64,000 nucleotides of DNA from a virus (Duplodnaviria; Caudoviricetes): IMG/VR virus record IMGVR_UViG_3300044733_004704, positions 67,023 through 131,022 of that record. One strand, given 5' to 3'. The translations under genes were made by a program, and so were the position numbers. The notes below the pieces were generated by a model, which did no database searches, was not told where the DNA came from, and was given only the letters and a program-made list of their open reading frames with translations. This document shows, piece after piece, positions 50,088 through 58,430 of this stretch. Position 1 is the stretch's first letter, and each line of letters begins with the position of its first letter.

Positions 50088-50565
50088 TTTGGTTCTCCTT
50101 TGGCTTATTATTTATAAGATAAATCCTTTTAATAACATATTCTGCTACTTTTTCTGCATTAGATGCATTATTACAAAATAATACTTTAATGTCGTATTTA
50201 AGTTGCCAATCTAATATATTCTTCATTATAAATGCTGGAGTAATTCTAACTTTATCCCACATTCTTTTTGGTAGATTTGATCCTACTGGATAGTTTAACA
50301 CATCATTCATGCTAAATTCTAATAGGAAAAATGAATATTTAAGTTGGCTCATTCTATGTACAACATCTTTGAACCGTGGTTCAATAATATTATTAGCAAT
50401 TTCATTTATACTCTTTTTACGTTCTATAGCAAAAACGTCCTGAAGACCTTCTATACTATAATCGCCAGTATCTAATTTTTTATTAGCAACTACATAATCC
50501 TCAAAAGACCACGGTTGTTGCTCTCTGGTATCTATTATGATCGTAAAGTCTTCATTATTTATCAT
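50077..50565 (-). CDS. ERCC4 (XPF/Mus81-type) nuclease
   Basis: IIIDTREQ...LDTGDYS...IERKKS signature. Confidence 0.85.
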   Translation of the reverse strand: MINNEDFTIIIDTREQQPWSFEDYVVANKKLDTGDYSIEGLQDVFAIERKKSINEIANNIIEPRFKDVVHRMSQLKYSFFLLEFSMNDVLNYPVGSNLPKRMWDKVRITPAFIMKNILDWQLKYDIKVLFCNNASNAEKVAEYVIKRIYLINNKPKENQNET

Positions 50566-50833
50566 TTGATTTTTTATTATCAGATATTAATTTGCTAAAA
50601 ACTGCTTCGTATGCGTTTTCGTTTCCTTCTATAAGAGAGTGATGAAATTTACACAAAGTGATTCCGTTATTTATATTATATCTCAAATCAACGCTATCAA
50701 CCCATCTTTTGATATGGTGAACATGTAATTTTTTAGATGCTAAACATCCTGGCCATTGACATTTGTATTGATCTCGTTTTTTAACCTCTTGTCTAAAAGT
50801 TTTGTATAATGGATCGTTATAATTTCTAAACAT
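50555..50833 (-). CDS. HNH endonuclease
   Basis: RDQYKCQWPGC...HVHHI...NGITLCKFHH; start taken at MFRNY. Confidence 0.85.
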   Translation of the reverse strand: MFRNYNDPLYKTFRQEVKKRDQYKCQWPGCLASKKLHVHHIKRWVDSVDLRYNINNGITLCKFHHSLIEGNENAYEAVFSKLISDNKKSNDK

Positions 50834-51818
50834 TAGCGTAAACTTTAATATCACTTTGTATCATTTCGCTAACTAAATCATCAAAAGAAGTTGATGGAAT
50901 CCATCCTAGTACTTTTTGAGCCTTAAGAGATCGGCCGCATAAATAGTCAACTTCTGCTGGTCGATATAATGACGGATCAATTTCTACATATTGTTTGTAG
51001 TCTAGATCCACACTCTCAAAAGATTTGATAACAAAATTTAATACGCTATGAGTTTGACCGGTACAAATAACAAAGTCGTCAGGAACATCTTGCTGTAGCA
51101 TCAAATACATAGCATATACATAATCTTTAGCATGACCCCAATCTCTGTAAGCTTGAAGATTGCCCAGTTTTAAATTGTCTGATGTTTTATTGTTAACTAA
51201 TTGGCCAATATATTTGGTAACTTTTCGCGTTAGAAAATTTTCACCACGACGCGGACTTTCATGATTAAATAGTATGCCGCTAGTAGCAAAGATATTATAG
51301 GCGTCACGATATATGCGTACCAAATTGTGACTAGCAACTTTGCTAACAGCATACGGACTTTGTGGAATTAATGGAGTATTTTCATCTTGATATTTGTTAT
51401 TGTTTTTATCCACGCTATAATTTTTACCAAACATTTCGCTAGTGCTAGCTTGATAATATTTTGTAGCAGATGATGTGGTTCTTATACCCTCTAAAATATG
51501 TAAAACTCCCATGGTATTAATATCAAAAGTTGTGGAGGGCTGGTGAAAACTGGTTCCCACATGACTCATAGCGGCCAAGTTATAGAATTCGTCTGGTTCG
51601 TATTGTTTTAATATGGATAGTATTACTGAAGGATCTGTAAGATCAAATTCTAAAAGAGTTAAATTAGGATGATCTACTATGCTGGATATTCTTTCAAAAT
51701 GGTACGAACTACTACGTCGATATAATCCAATAACCTTGTAGTCTTTTTCTAATAATAGTTCGGCCAGATAGCTGCCGTCTTGACCAGTAATGCCTGTTAT
51801 TATAGCTGTTTTATTCAT
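50826..51818 (-). CDS. gmd: GDP-mannose 4,6-dehydratase
   Basis: ITGITGQDGSYLAELLL, YNLAAMSHV, YQASTSEMFG, SPYAVSK, FNHESPRRG, RDWGHAKDY. Confidence 0.96.
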   Translation of the reverse strand: MNKTAIITGITGQDGSYLAELLLEKDYKVIGLYRRSSSYHFERISSIVDHPNLTLLEFDLTDPSVILSILKQYEPDEFYNLAAMSHVGTSFHQPSTTFDINTMGVLHILEGIRTTSSATKYYQASTSEMFGKNYSVDKNNNKYQDENTPLIPQSPYAVSKVASHNLVRIYRDAYNIFATSGILFNHESPRRGENFLTRKVTKYIGQLVNNKTSDNLKLGNLQAYRDWGHAKDYVYAMYLMLQQDVPDDFVICTGQTHSVLNFVIKSFESVDLDYKQYVEIDPSLYRPAEVDYLCGRSLKAQKVLGWIPSTSFDDLVSEMIQSDIKVYANV

Positions 51819-52641
51819 TGTGATTTTCCATAAATTCTGGTGTTAGTAATGGTACGTCCACAGTGTCGTCTTGATAAGTGTGATATTGTTGCATTCTTTC
51901 TTTGGCTCCGATTGCTGCCATTCCAAGAATTTCCATTTCTTTGCCTTCTTTTTCTCTTACTATTTCGTCTTCTAGCATTCGTATTAAACCAACCCAACTA
52001 CTTTTACCATCTTCTATTCTTTTTATTCTTTGTTCCCTAGTAGCTTTAAGATCTTTGCTAATTTTTTGTTGTTCGTTAAGAAGTTTGGTATATTCATTAG
52101 TGTAATTAGCGATACTGTTGCGGGCAAACGACAATTGAGTTTCGAGATTAGCCAATTTCGGTATATCTCTTTGATCCTCACTTTTTTCATACTCTTTGTC
52201 CACAAGCTTCTGTAATTTTTCAGTTTCGCTAATGTGTCTTTTTCGTTCTTTCATGCTGCGATTAATTAATATATCAATAGTGATAAATTGTTTAATTTGC
52301 AACTCTTCTGCTGGTAAAACATCTTCTCTAAACTGTTTTATTAGTCCAACCCAGGTATCTTCAAAGTATTGGAGTTCGCCGCTGTCCGCATCAAATTGAC
52401 GTGTAATTTCTACCCAAAAGGTTTTGCTATGTAATTTATCTTTTAGAGTTTCATAAGCCGCTTTGTCTTCTGGATCAATTAGTAAATTATTTTCATTAAT
52501 ATATCGCTTAATTGGTCCTTCGTGACGATTAAGATTAGAGGCTATAGCATCTATGCTTAATAAATTAACATTCTCACGAATATAAGCTTCTTCATCTAAA
52601 CTTAGTTGTCCTCGTTTTTTGGGAATTCTGCTGTTTTCCAA
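51811..52641 (-). CDS. hypothetical coiled-coil protein (terminase small subunit candidate)
   Basis: N-term HTH-like segment plus coiled coil; upstream of terL in the same operon. Confidence 0.45.
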   Translation of the reverse strand: MENSRIPKKRGQLSLDEEAYIRENVNLLSIDAIASNLNRHEGPIKRYINENNLLIDPEDKAAYETLKDKLHSKTFWVEITRQFDADSGELQYFEDTWVGLIKQFREDVLPAEELQIKQFITIDILINRSMKERKRHISETEKLQKLVDKEYEKSEDQRDIPKLANLETQLSFARNSIANYTNEYTKLLNEQQKISKDLKATREQRIKRIEDGKSSWVGLIRMLEDEIVREKEGKEMEILGMAAIGAKERMQQYHTYQDDTVDVPLLTPEFMENHNE

Positions 52642-53243
52642 TTGTGTTCCTCCATTATTTCCATAATATGTTTTTTAAGCTTGTTAAGATCGGACTTGTT
52701 AATTTTTTGATTGTGTTTTAGTTTTAGATAACTTTCTCTATATTCTGAGCGGATATTTTTGTCAAGAAAATTAACCATCTCGTTGTGCTCGTGAGAACCA
52801 TTAGGTGACGATGCTAAATTTAAGTCTTCAAAATAAGATGGTTTAGCAATATTCTTTTTAGCATCATTTCGTTTGGCCCACGAAGCGTATGGTTCGCATT
52901 CCTTTTTGTCAATAAATTTAGAGCACTGATTGTTAGAAACTTTATAAGTAGCATCGTATAGTGGACACGTTAAACAAGGCTTGTCGGGTCTTTGGTAGTT
53001 GTTTCTCTTGTAGTTAAATAATCGATTTCGCACATGAGTCCACAAAAAGTTTTCAAGGGGCCTTTTGTGATCATAATTTTTTAATCCTTCTAGTGCAAAT
53101 ATGGCCGCTTGTTGTTTCATATCCTCTATGCTATGATAGCCGAATTTAAATTTGTGAGCTAATCTTTTAGTAATTTTGTCTAAAACGGCTAAAAATTCGT
53201 CGTCACTCACCGCTTTGATGGTTTGATTTGTTTTTTTCTTCAT
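52602..53243 (-). CDS. sigma70-family (region 2) sigma-factor-like protein
   Basis: EDMKQQAAIFALEGLKNYD...LENFLWTHVRNRLFNYKR matches the region 2 pattern; Cys-rich insert. Confidence 0.7.
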   Translation of the reverse strand: MKKKTNQTIKAVSDDEFLAVLDKITKRLAHKFKFGYHSIEDMKQQAAIFALEGLKNYDHKRPLENFLWTHVRNRLFNYKRNNYQRPDKPCLTCPLYDATYKVSNNQCSKFIDKKECEPYASWAKRNDAKKNIAKPSYFEDLNLASSPNGSHEHNEMVNFLDKNIRSEYRESYLKLKHNQKINKSDLNKLKKHIMEIMEEHNWKTAEFPKNEDN

Positions 53244-53379
53244 TATTTAATAGAGTAGTTATGTCGTCTCCGTCTGGTAAATTAAGATCATTTTGAATTT
53301 GTTCAATTATTGATCCTGATGCTTTGACCGATAAGATCGAGGATGTAAGATTGGTAATATTAGAATCAAAATTAATCAT
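53203..53379 (-). CDS. small hypothetical protein
   Basis: ORF between the promoter at 53416-53443 and the sigma-like gene. Confidence 0.4.
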   Translation of the reverse strand: MINFDSNITNLTSSILSVKASGSIIEQIQNDLNLPDGDDITTLLNNEEKNKSNHQSGE

Positions 53380-53415
53380 ATTGAGCCCCTTGCTTAAAAG
53401 AACCAAAACTATAAT

Positions 53416-53443
53416 ATAATAGAGTTGATCATCACATTGTCAA
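53416..53443 (-). promoter_or_regulatory. sigma70-type promoter for the sigma/gmd/terminase operon
   Basis: TTGACA-N16-TATTAT. Confidence 0.6.
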
Positions 53444-53469
53444 TATTTACACTATATGGGGAGAATAAA

Positions 53470-53706
53470 ATGAGCTACAGAAAATGGGGTCAGGTTGAAT
53501 TGGATTTTATCCGTGATAATTTTAATGTTATTTCCGATGATGAGATTGCTGTACGATTGAGTCAAATAACAAATAGCAGTATTACTACTCCTATGGTGCG
53601 ACGACAAAGGCGCAAGCTTGGTATTCAAAAGCCACGAGGTCGTCAACCAAAGAACAAAAACGCCTCAATGCCCGCATCGTTTGCATCATCAAATGATAAT
53701 GGTTGA
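53470..53706 (+). CDS. small HTH-type DNA-binding protein
   Basis: GGGAGA RBS, WGQVELDFIRDN...DEIAVRL...VRRQRRKLGI. Confidence 0.65.
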   Translation: MSYRKWGQVELDFIRDNFNVISDDEIAVRLSQITNSSITTPMVRRQRRKLGIQKPRGRQPKNKNASMPASFASSNDNG

Positions 53707-53739
53707 ACATAAAGTTTTAAATTAGATCATTATAAAATT

Positions 53740-53763
53740 GGGGCATTAAGTTGCCCCTTTTTT
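53740..53763 (+). terminator. intrinsic terminator
   Basis: GGGGCA-TTAAGT-TGCCCC-TTTTTT. Confidence 0.75.
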
Positions 53764-53792
53764 ATTTAACCATATAGCATAAGGAAAATAAT

Positions 53793-54710
53793 ATGAAAGT
53801 TTTAGTTACTGGTGGCAATGGATTTTTAGGGTCTAGAATTATGAAAGTTCTAAAAGACCAAGGTTATGATGCTTCAACATTCAGATCACGAAATTTTGAT
53901 TTGTGTAATCCTAGACAAACTAAGGATGCTTTTGATAGATATCGGCCAGATGCTGTGATACACTGTGCTGCTGTGGTTGGTGGAATAGGTGCGAATAGGG
54001 TTAATCCAGGATCATTTTTTTATCAAAACATGATGATGGGATTAAATGTTATTGAAAATTGTAGAATTTTTGATGTACAAAAGGTTGTGCAGATAGGAAC
54101 GGTTTGTAGTTATCCTAAATATACTCCGGTTCCTTTTAGTGAAGATGGTTTGTGGGACGGCTATCCTGAAGAAACTAATGCTCCGTACGGAATAGCTAAA
54201 AAAGCTCTTTATGTTATGGTAGAAGCTTATAAAAATCAATATAATCTAAATGGTTGCGTATTGGTTCCTTGTAATTTATATGGGCCAAATGATAATTTTG
54301 ATCCTGGTAGTAGTCATGTTATTCCGGCTTTGATTAAAAAGTTTATTGATGCAAAACAAAATAACGATACCGAGGTAGAATGTTGGGGAAGCGGAAGTGC
54401 CACACGAGAATTTTTATATGTGGATGATGCTGCTGAAGCTATAGTAAAAAGCTTGAGTGTGGATACTGATACTAAGCCTATTAATTTGGGCGGTGGTATT
54501 GAAATAACAATAAAAGATTTAGCAGAAAAAATAAAAGCACTTGTTGGATATAACGGAAATATAGCTTGGAATAGTGATCAGCCAGATGGTCAACCACGAA
54601 GATTTTTGGACGTGTCACGCGCCAAAAAGATATTAGATTGGGAACCAAAGGTAAGTTTTGATGCTGGATTAAAAGAAACTATAGAGTGGTATGGGGCTAA
54701 TAAAAAATGA
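53793..54710 (+). CDS. fcl: GDP-L-fucose synthase
   Basis: VTGGNGFLG, AAVVGGIGAN, GTVCSYP, YGIAK, NLYGPNDNF, SHVIPAL, REFLYVDD, PDGQPRR. Confidence 0.95.
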   Translation: MKVLVTGGNGFLGSRIMKVLKDQGYDASTFRSRNFDLCNPRQTKDAFDRYRPDAVIHCAAVVGGIGANRVNPGSFFYQNMMMGLNVIENCRIFDVQKVVQIGTVCSYPKYTPVPFSEDGLWDGYPEETNAPYGIAKKALYVMVEAYKNQYNLNGCVLVPCNLYGPNDNFDPGSSHVIPALIKKFIDAKQNNDTEVECWGSGSATREFLYVDDAAEAIVKSLSVDTDTKPINLGGGIEITIKDLAEKIKALVGYNGNIAWNSDQPDGQPRRFLDVSRAKKILDWEPKVSFDAGLKETIEWYGANKK

Positions 54711-55126
54711 ATATTAAACTTTTAGAAGCTACGGACAATATACAAGATTATATAGATTGTGTTAAAGACCTAAATAATCATTGTACTAAGTTGAGTTCAA
54801 TAGAAGATATTAAATATGTATTAGAGAACAGACCATCTAATATACTAACTTTTGTTATGGTAAACGACGATAGTAGGATAGTATCAACAGCTACTGTTAT
54901 TATGGAACAAAAGTTAAGATATCAAAATTTATGTATGCATATAGAAGATGTTGGTACCCATCCTAGCTTTAGAAATGCTGGATACGCATCAACTATTATT
55001 AAATATTGTATAGATTTAGCAAAAAATAAAGACTGTTATAGAATAAAATTAAGTTGTGAAAATAATCTAGTAGATTTTTATAAAAAACTAGGATTTAAAA
55101 TTCACGGTAATTTTATGTTTATGTAA
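54707..55126 (+). CDS. GNAT acetyltransferase (glucosamine-6-phosphate N-acetyltransferase-like)
   Basis: EQKL...HIEDV...FRNAGY...CYRIKLSC...FYKKLGF. Confidence 0.8.
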   Translation: MNIKLLEATDNIQDYIDCVKDLNNHCTKLSSIEDIKYVLENRPSNILTFVMVNDDSRIVSTATVIMEQKLRYQNLCMHIEDVGTHPSFRNAGYASTIIKYCIDLAKNKDCYRIKLSCENNLVDFYKKLGFKIHGNFMFM

Positions 55127-55127
55127 T

Positions 55128-55727
55128 TTACTCTTTGTCTAAATCTTCATCGTTGTCTGGTACTGGTTGATTAGCTAATAGTTTGCGAGACTTCTTAATA
55201 GCTCTAGTTACCATTATTCTACCGATCATATCAACAAATGGTAATCCTCGTCGTTTAGCTTCGTCTCTTAGCCAACCAACAATAGTATCAATGTTTTGTT
55301 CGCACCAATCGTTACCTTGTTCGTTCATTGCTAGAGCATGTCTTTTGCATGAACAACTATCACTCATATGAATACCAAGACTTTTTATCATTGTGGACAA
55401 TACTGTGCCAGGAGAGTGTGGATTTTCTTCCATTGTTGGATTAAACAATTTTCTCAAAACCTTACTAGGATTGTCTCCTAATAGAAATTTGATTCTATCA
55501 TTAAGTTGTTTTTTTGTCCAATCTCCAAGTTCGTCGTACTCATGGTCAGAATATAGAATTAGCGGCAAATCAAATTTTTCTATATCAACATGAATTGTTC
55601 TGTCTTGTGGATTATCTACATATGTAATATATAAAGTGTCTGTTTGTATGGGTTCAGGATGAGTTATTTTGCCGCTATGATCAGAGTATGGTGGTGGCTG
55701 AACACTTATTTTGCTATCTAGTTTCAT
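55128..55727 (-). CDS. hypothetical protein, paralog of 49515..50087
   Basis: Shared motifs; own TTGACA-N16-TATTAT promoter at 55769-55796. Confidence 0.7.
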   Translation of the reverse strand: MKLDSKISVQPPPYSDHSGKITHPEPIQTDTLYITYVDNPQDRTIHVDIEKFDLPLILYSDHEYDELGDWTKKQLNDRIKFLLGDNPSKVLRKLFNPTMEENPHSPGTVLSTMIKSLGIHMSDSCSCKRHALAMNEQGNDWCEQNIDTIVGWLRDEAKRRGLPFVDMIGRIMVTRAIKKSRKLLANQPVPDNDEDLDKE

Positions 55728-55894
55728 GATTTAGTATTCCTATGATATAAGAATTGATACTTTAGTATATAATAATTGCTTAGAATCTAGTGTCAATATA
55801 AAATTTATTATTAGTAAATAGGATGATCATTATAGTTTAGGTAAGACATTTATGTTGGTTTTGGCTTACTATGTTTAGACCACCGCCGGTTTTC

Positions 55895-55911
55895 TGCAAA
55901 ATCTGTGCCAA
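55895..55911 (-). promoter_or_regulatory. sigma54 -24/-12 promoter motif
   Basis: Minus strand TTGGCACAGATTTTGCA (GG-N10-GC). Confidence 0.65.
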
Positions 55912-55948
55912 ACCAAAAGAAAATGAAAAAACCCCCCTACTGAGCGGG

Positions 55949-56100
55949 TGACGCAAAATGCTGTGCAAAATGCTACAGTGTGACGCAAAATGCTACAGTG
56001 ATCCTTACCCCCGTCTCAAATTGAGAATGCTGTAACCCTATATTTTTCAAGGGGTTATGGAAAATCGTATTTTTTTTCTCGAATGGCACGACATTCGCAT
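55949..56100 (+). promoter_or_regulatory. sigma54 promoter module, copy 1
   Basis: 3x GCAAAATGC, TCTCAAATTGAGA, 11-7-11 palindrome at 56031-56059, TGGCACGACATTCGCAT at 56084. Confidence 0.6.
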
Positions 56101-56134
56101 ATATGTATGGCAACAAAGAAAGAGAGAAAGAAAA

Positions 56135-56365
56135 ATGGAAAACCTTATCGTCCTCAACACCGTTTCTGAACTTCGTGATCTGATCAATACCACGACGATG
56201 ACCACGTTTGTTGGTCGCGTTGCTTTTGCAATGGATCTTCTGGAAAGTGTTCGCCAGAATGACAACATGATCGAAATCAATCATGAGTTGGGATTCTGCG
56301 ATGATGGTGGATTCATCCAGATTGATGAGATGGGTTATGTGGTCGATGATTATGCGATCCAGTGA
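56135..56365 (+). CDS. small acidic hypothetical protein
   Basis: Purine-rich leader then MENLIVLNTV. Confidence 0.65.
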   Translation: MENLIVLNTVSELRDLINTTTMTTFVGRVAFAMDLLESVRQNDNMIEINHELGFCDDGGFIQIDEMGYVVDDYAIQ

Positions 56366-56366
56366 T

Positions 56367-56410
56367 TCCCTATAAGGGGGGTTGTGGCGGAAGAAAAGTT
56401 TGGTAGAATC
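56367..56410 (+). promoter_or_regulatory. repeated hairpin plus extended -10 promoter (also 57326-57370, 58421-58464)
   Basis: CCC..GGGGG-TTGWKG-N16 ending AAAGTTTGG-TAGRMT in three copies. Confidence 0.6.
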
Positions 56411-56432
56411 CTAGAAAGAAAGAGAGAAAAAG

Positions 56433-56618
56433 ATGGTTTACAATGTTGGTGATAGGTTGAGTGTGGTCTATAGCACTGGCGAATCGTTCACTGGTGAACT
56501 GGTTAGCGTTCGTGAGATTCCGAACAAGGGAACGTTGATTCTGGTCAACGATGATACGGTGGGCTATCGGTCCATGTATGCCGACAAGGTTGTGAGCGTG
56601 ATCGTGGAGAATGTTTGA
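56433..56618 (+). CDS. small SH3/Sm-like beta-barrel protein
   Basis: VGDRLSVVYSTGESFTGELVSV...YRSMYADKV. Confidence 0.6.
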   Translation: MVYNVGDRLSVVYSTGESFTGELVSVREIPNKGTLILVNDDTVGYRSMYADKVVSVIVENV

Positions 56619-56825
56619 ATGGATACTAACTACTTTCAATCATCGTTCGAGAGTATGGAAACGAGTACCATACGATTGTGGCTCCACGAAGCCCAAGTAC
56701 GACTGCCCCATGAGAGCGGTAGCGTTCGTGAAATACTGAAAGAAGGTATACGTGCGTCTGCTCGTGAACTGTTGTTCAGGTATCGAGAGGATATGAAAAG
56801 AATCTTTTCAAAAAACTCGACGTAA
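56619..56825 (+). CDS. hypothetical protein
   Basis: GGAG RBS; stop codon lies in arm 1 of 82-bp element A. Confidence 0.55.
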   Translation: MDTNYFQSSFESMETSTIRLWLHEAQVRLPHESGSVREILKEGIRASARELLFRYREDMKRIFSKNST

Positions 56826-56902
56826 ACCCTTGATATGTAAGGACTTACGGCGAAATTGGGCCGCCATTTTTGACGTAACTCCTTATGGTTCAAGCACTTA
56901 CG
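56821..56902. repeat. 82-bp double-palindrome element A
   Basis: CGTAAACCCTT GATATGT AAGGACTTACG N24 CGTAACTCCTT ATGGTTC AAGCACTTACG. Confidence 0.92.
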
Positions 56903-56918
56903 GCGACCCCAAAGGTAG

Positions 56919-57070
56919 TGTAGCAAAATGCTGTAGCAAAATGCGTCACCTGTAGCAAAATGCCTCACCTTGGCACACCCCCGTCTCAAAATGAGAATGA
57001 TGTAAAGTATTGTGGCGTAATGACTTAGGAAGAAAAAAAGATTTTTTGGTGAATGGCATGGGAAGTGCAT
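56919..57070 (+). promoter_or_regulatory. sigma54 promoter module, copy 2
   Basis: 3x GCAAAATGC, TCTCAAAATGAGA, palindrome at 57001-57029, TGGCATGGGAAGTGCAT at 57054; offset 970 bp from copy 1. Confidence 0.6.
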
Positions 57071-57103
57071 TATATAGAGACAAGAAAGAAAGAGAGAAAG
57101 AGA

Positions 57104-57322
57104 ATGAGAATGAGTCGTTATAGTTCAGCCCTTCGGTCCTATCGTGATGAGCGGTCTAACCGCCATCGTCATGTTCGTACTAACCTGTGGATCGTTTACC
57201 AGAATGGTAAGCGTATCGGCAAGGTTGGTGGAATCAGTGAGGGTGAAGCCCTTGCAAAGATTCCGCAGTCCTATAAGGACAACGGTCCTATCGAACTGGA
57301 AAGGGTCGTGATCGAAGAGTGA
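57104..57322 (+). CDS. hypothetical protein, paralog of 62669..62848
   Basis: WIVYQNGKRIGKV...SE..A...ER. Confidence 0.6.
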   Translation: MRMSRYSSALRSYRDERSNRHRHVRTNLWIVYQNGKRIGKVGGISEGEALAKIPQSYKDNGPIELERVVIEE

Positions 57323-57394
57323 TCCTTCCCCACAAGGGGGGTTGTGGTGGCGGAAAAGTTTGGTAGACTCACAGAATCACTAGGAGAAAAAGAG

Positions 57395-57712
57395 ATGGAA
57401 AAGTTTCGAATCGTTGAAGAATACAAGCGTACAGTTCGTGGTATCTTCTATGGTATGGCGATCCCTTGCGAAAAGCGTACCGCTGATGGTGGTATGATTA
57501 CCAGTGAGAAGGTATTGAAGTTCAATCGTTCAGCATTGCGAAAGATTGGCAAGCGTAGGATCGAAAAGGTTGATCCTCGCATAGTAGGTGGCGAGGATCG
57601 TATGCGTTTCCCCGTTGGCAAGCCCGGTTCCCCCGAAAGACTGGTTGCTCTTGCAGAGCAGTATGCTAGTTTAGCAGATGACGAGATGAGTCCCTTTATT
57701 GGAGATGAGTGA
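57395..57712 (+). CDS. hypothetical protein
   Basis: AGGAG RBS, MEKFRIVEEY..., GKPGSPER motif. Confidence 0.65.
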   Translation: MEKFRIVEEYKRTVRGIFYGMAIPCEKRTADGGMITSEKVLKFNRSALRKIGKRRIEKVDPRIVGGEDRMRFPVGKPGSPERLVALAEQYASLADDEMSPFIGDE

Positions 57713-57716
57713 GTAT

Positions 57717-57791
57717 ATGTTCACTGCGCTTTTGTTCACCCTGTCATACGTTGGCTTTCTGTATTGTATGCTAACTGCGGAAAAATCTTGA
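57717..57791 (+). CDS. 24-aa membrane peptide
   Basis: MFTALLFTLSYVGFLYCMLTAEKS, manual translation. Confidence 0.4.
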   Translation: MFTALLFTLSYVGFLYCMLTAEKS

Positions 57792-57822
57792 TCTAAGCCC
57801 TTACCTTCTAGATGAGTGAAAC

Positions 57823-58011
57823 ATGACGATTCAGATGGCGGTGGAAAAGACGTTGCTTCGTTTGATTGCGGTTCATGGTCATTCGGCCATGTATGTATGC
57901 GACTTGGGCGGCGATGTTAGTTTGTACACTGTGGGTGGCGTTCACTATGCTATTCGTGATGATGGTACGGCCCACGCTATTCACCCGGCCGAGGTATTTC
58001 CCACCCTGTAG
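57823..58011 (+). CDS. hypothetical protein
   Basis: 62-aa ORF ending 14 bp before element B. Confidence 0.55.
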   Translation: MTIQMAVEKTLLRLIAVHGHSAMYVCDLGGDVSLYTVGGVHYAIRDDGTAHAIHPAEVFPTL

Positions 58012-58025
58012 AGGGACGGACTCGA

Positions 58026-58107
58026 CGTAAAGTCTTGAGCCGTAAGGACTTATGGCGAAATCGGGCCCGTAATTTTGACGTAAGTGCTTATGAGACAATG
58101 ACTTACG
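58026..58107. repeat. 82-bp double-palindrome element B
   Basis: CGTAAAGTCTT GAGCCGT AAGGACTTATG N24 CGTAAGTGCTT ATGAGAC AATGACTTACG. Confidence 0.92.
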
Positions 58108-58129
58108 ACAAACTCTATACCATGATTTT

Positions 58130-58163
58130 TGGCATGAAAATTGCTCTAGCATATGGTGTGCCA
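58130..58163. promoter_or_regulatory. head-to-head pair of sigma54 motifs
   Basis: TGGCATGAAAATTGCT (+) and TGGCACACCATATGCT (-) separated by 2 bp. Confidence 0.55.
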
Positions 58164-58286
58164 ATATGGAAGAAAATTATGAAAAGTTTTGTCAAAATCT
58201 CTTGACACAAAAATTTCCAGATTTTTCTTGCACCCTAAAGAATCCATGGTATAATGTCGATATAAGAGAAAGAAAGAGAGAAAGAA

Positions 58287-58430
58287 ATGAGCAAGATTGA
58301 AGTTTACTATTCCGATTGCTGTGGTGTTGAGATTGTTGGTGATATCGCTGGTCTCGAATTGTGTCCCCGATGCTGGGAACACTGTGACTGCGTTATCGAG
58401 GAAATCGACGATCCATCATGCCCCGCCTAA
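58287..58430 (+). CDS. 47-aa Cys-rich Zn-ribbon-like protein
   Basis: SDCCG...CPRCWEHC; promoter TTGCAC-N16-TATAAT at 58228-58255. Confidence 0.6.
   Translation: MSKIEVYYSDCCGVEIVGDIAGLELCPRCWEHCDCVIEEIDDPSCPA

Noticed and set aside
506-52399. Numerous plus-strand ORFs of 60-150 aa inside structural genes (e.g. 29167..29544)
   Set aside because: Antisense shadows of long minus-strand genes and their repeats.
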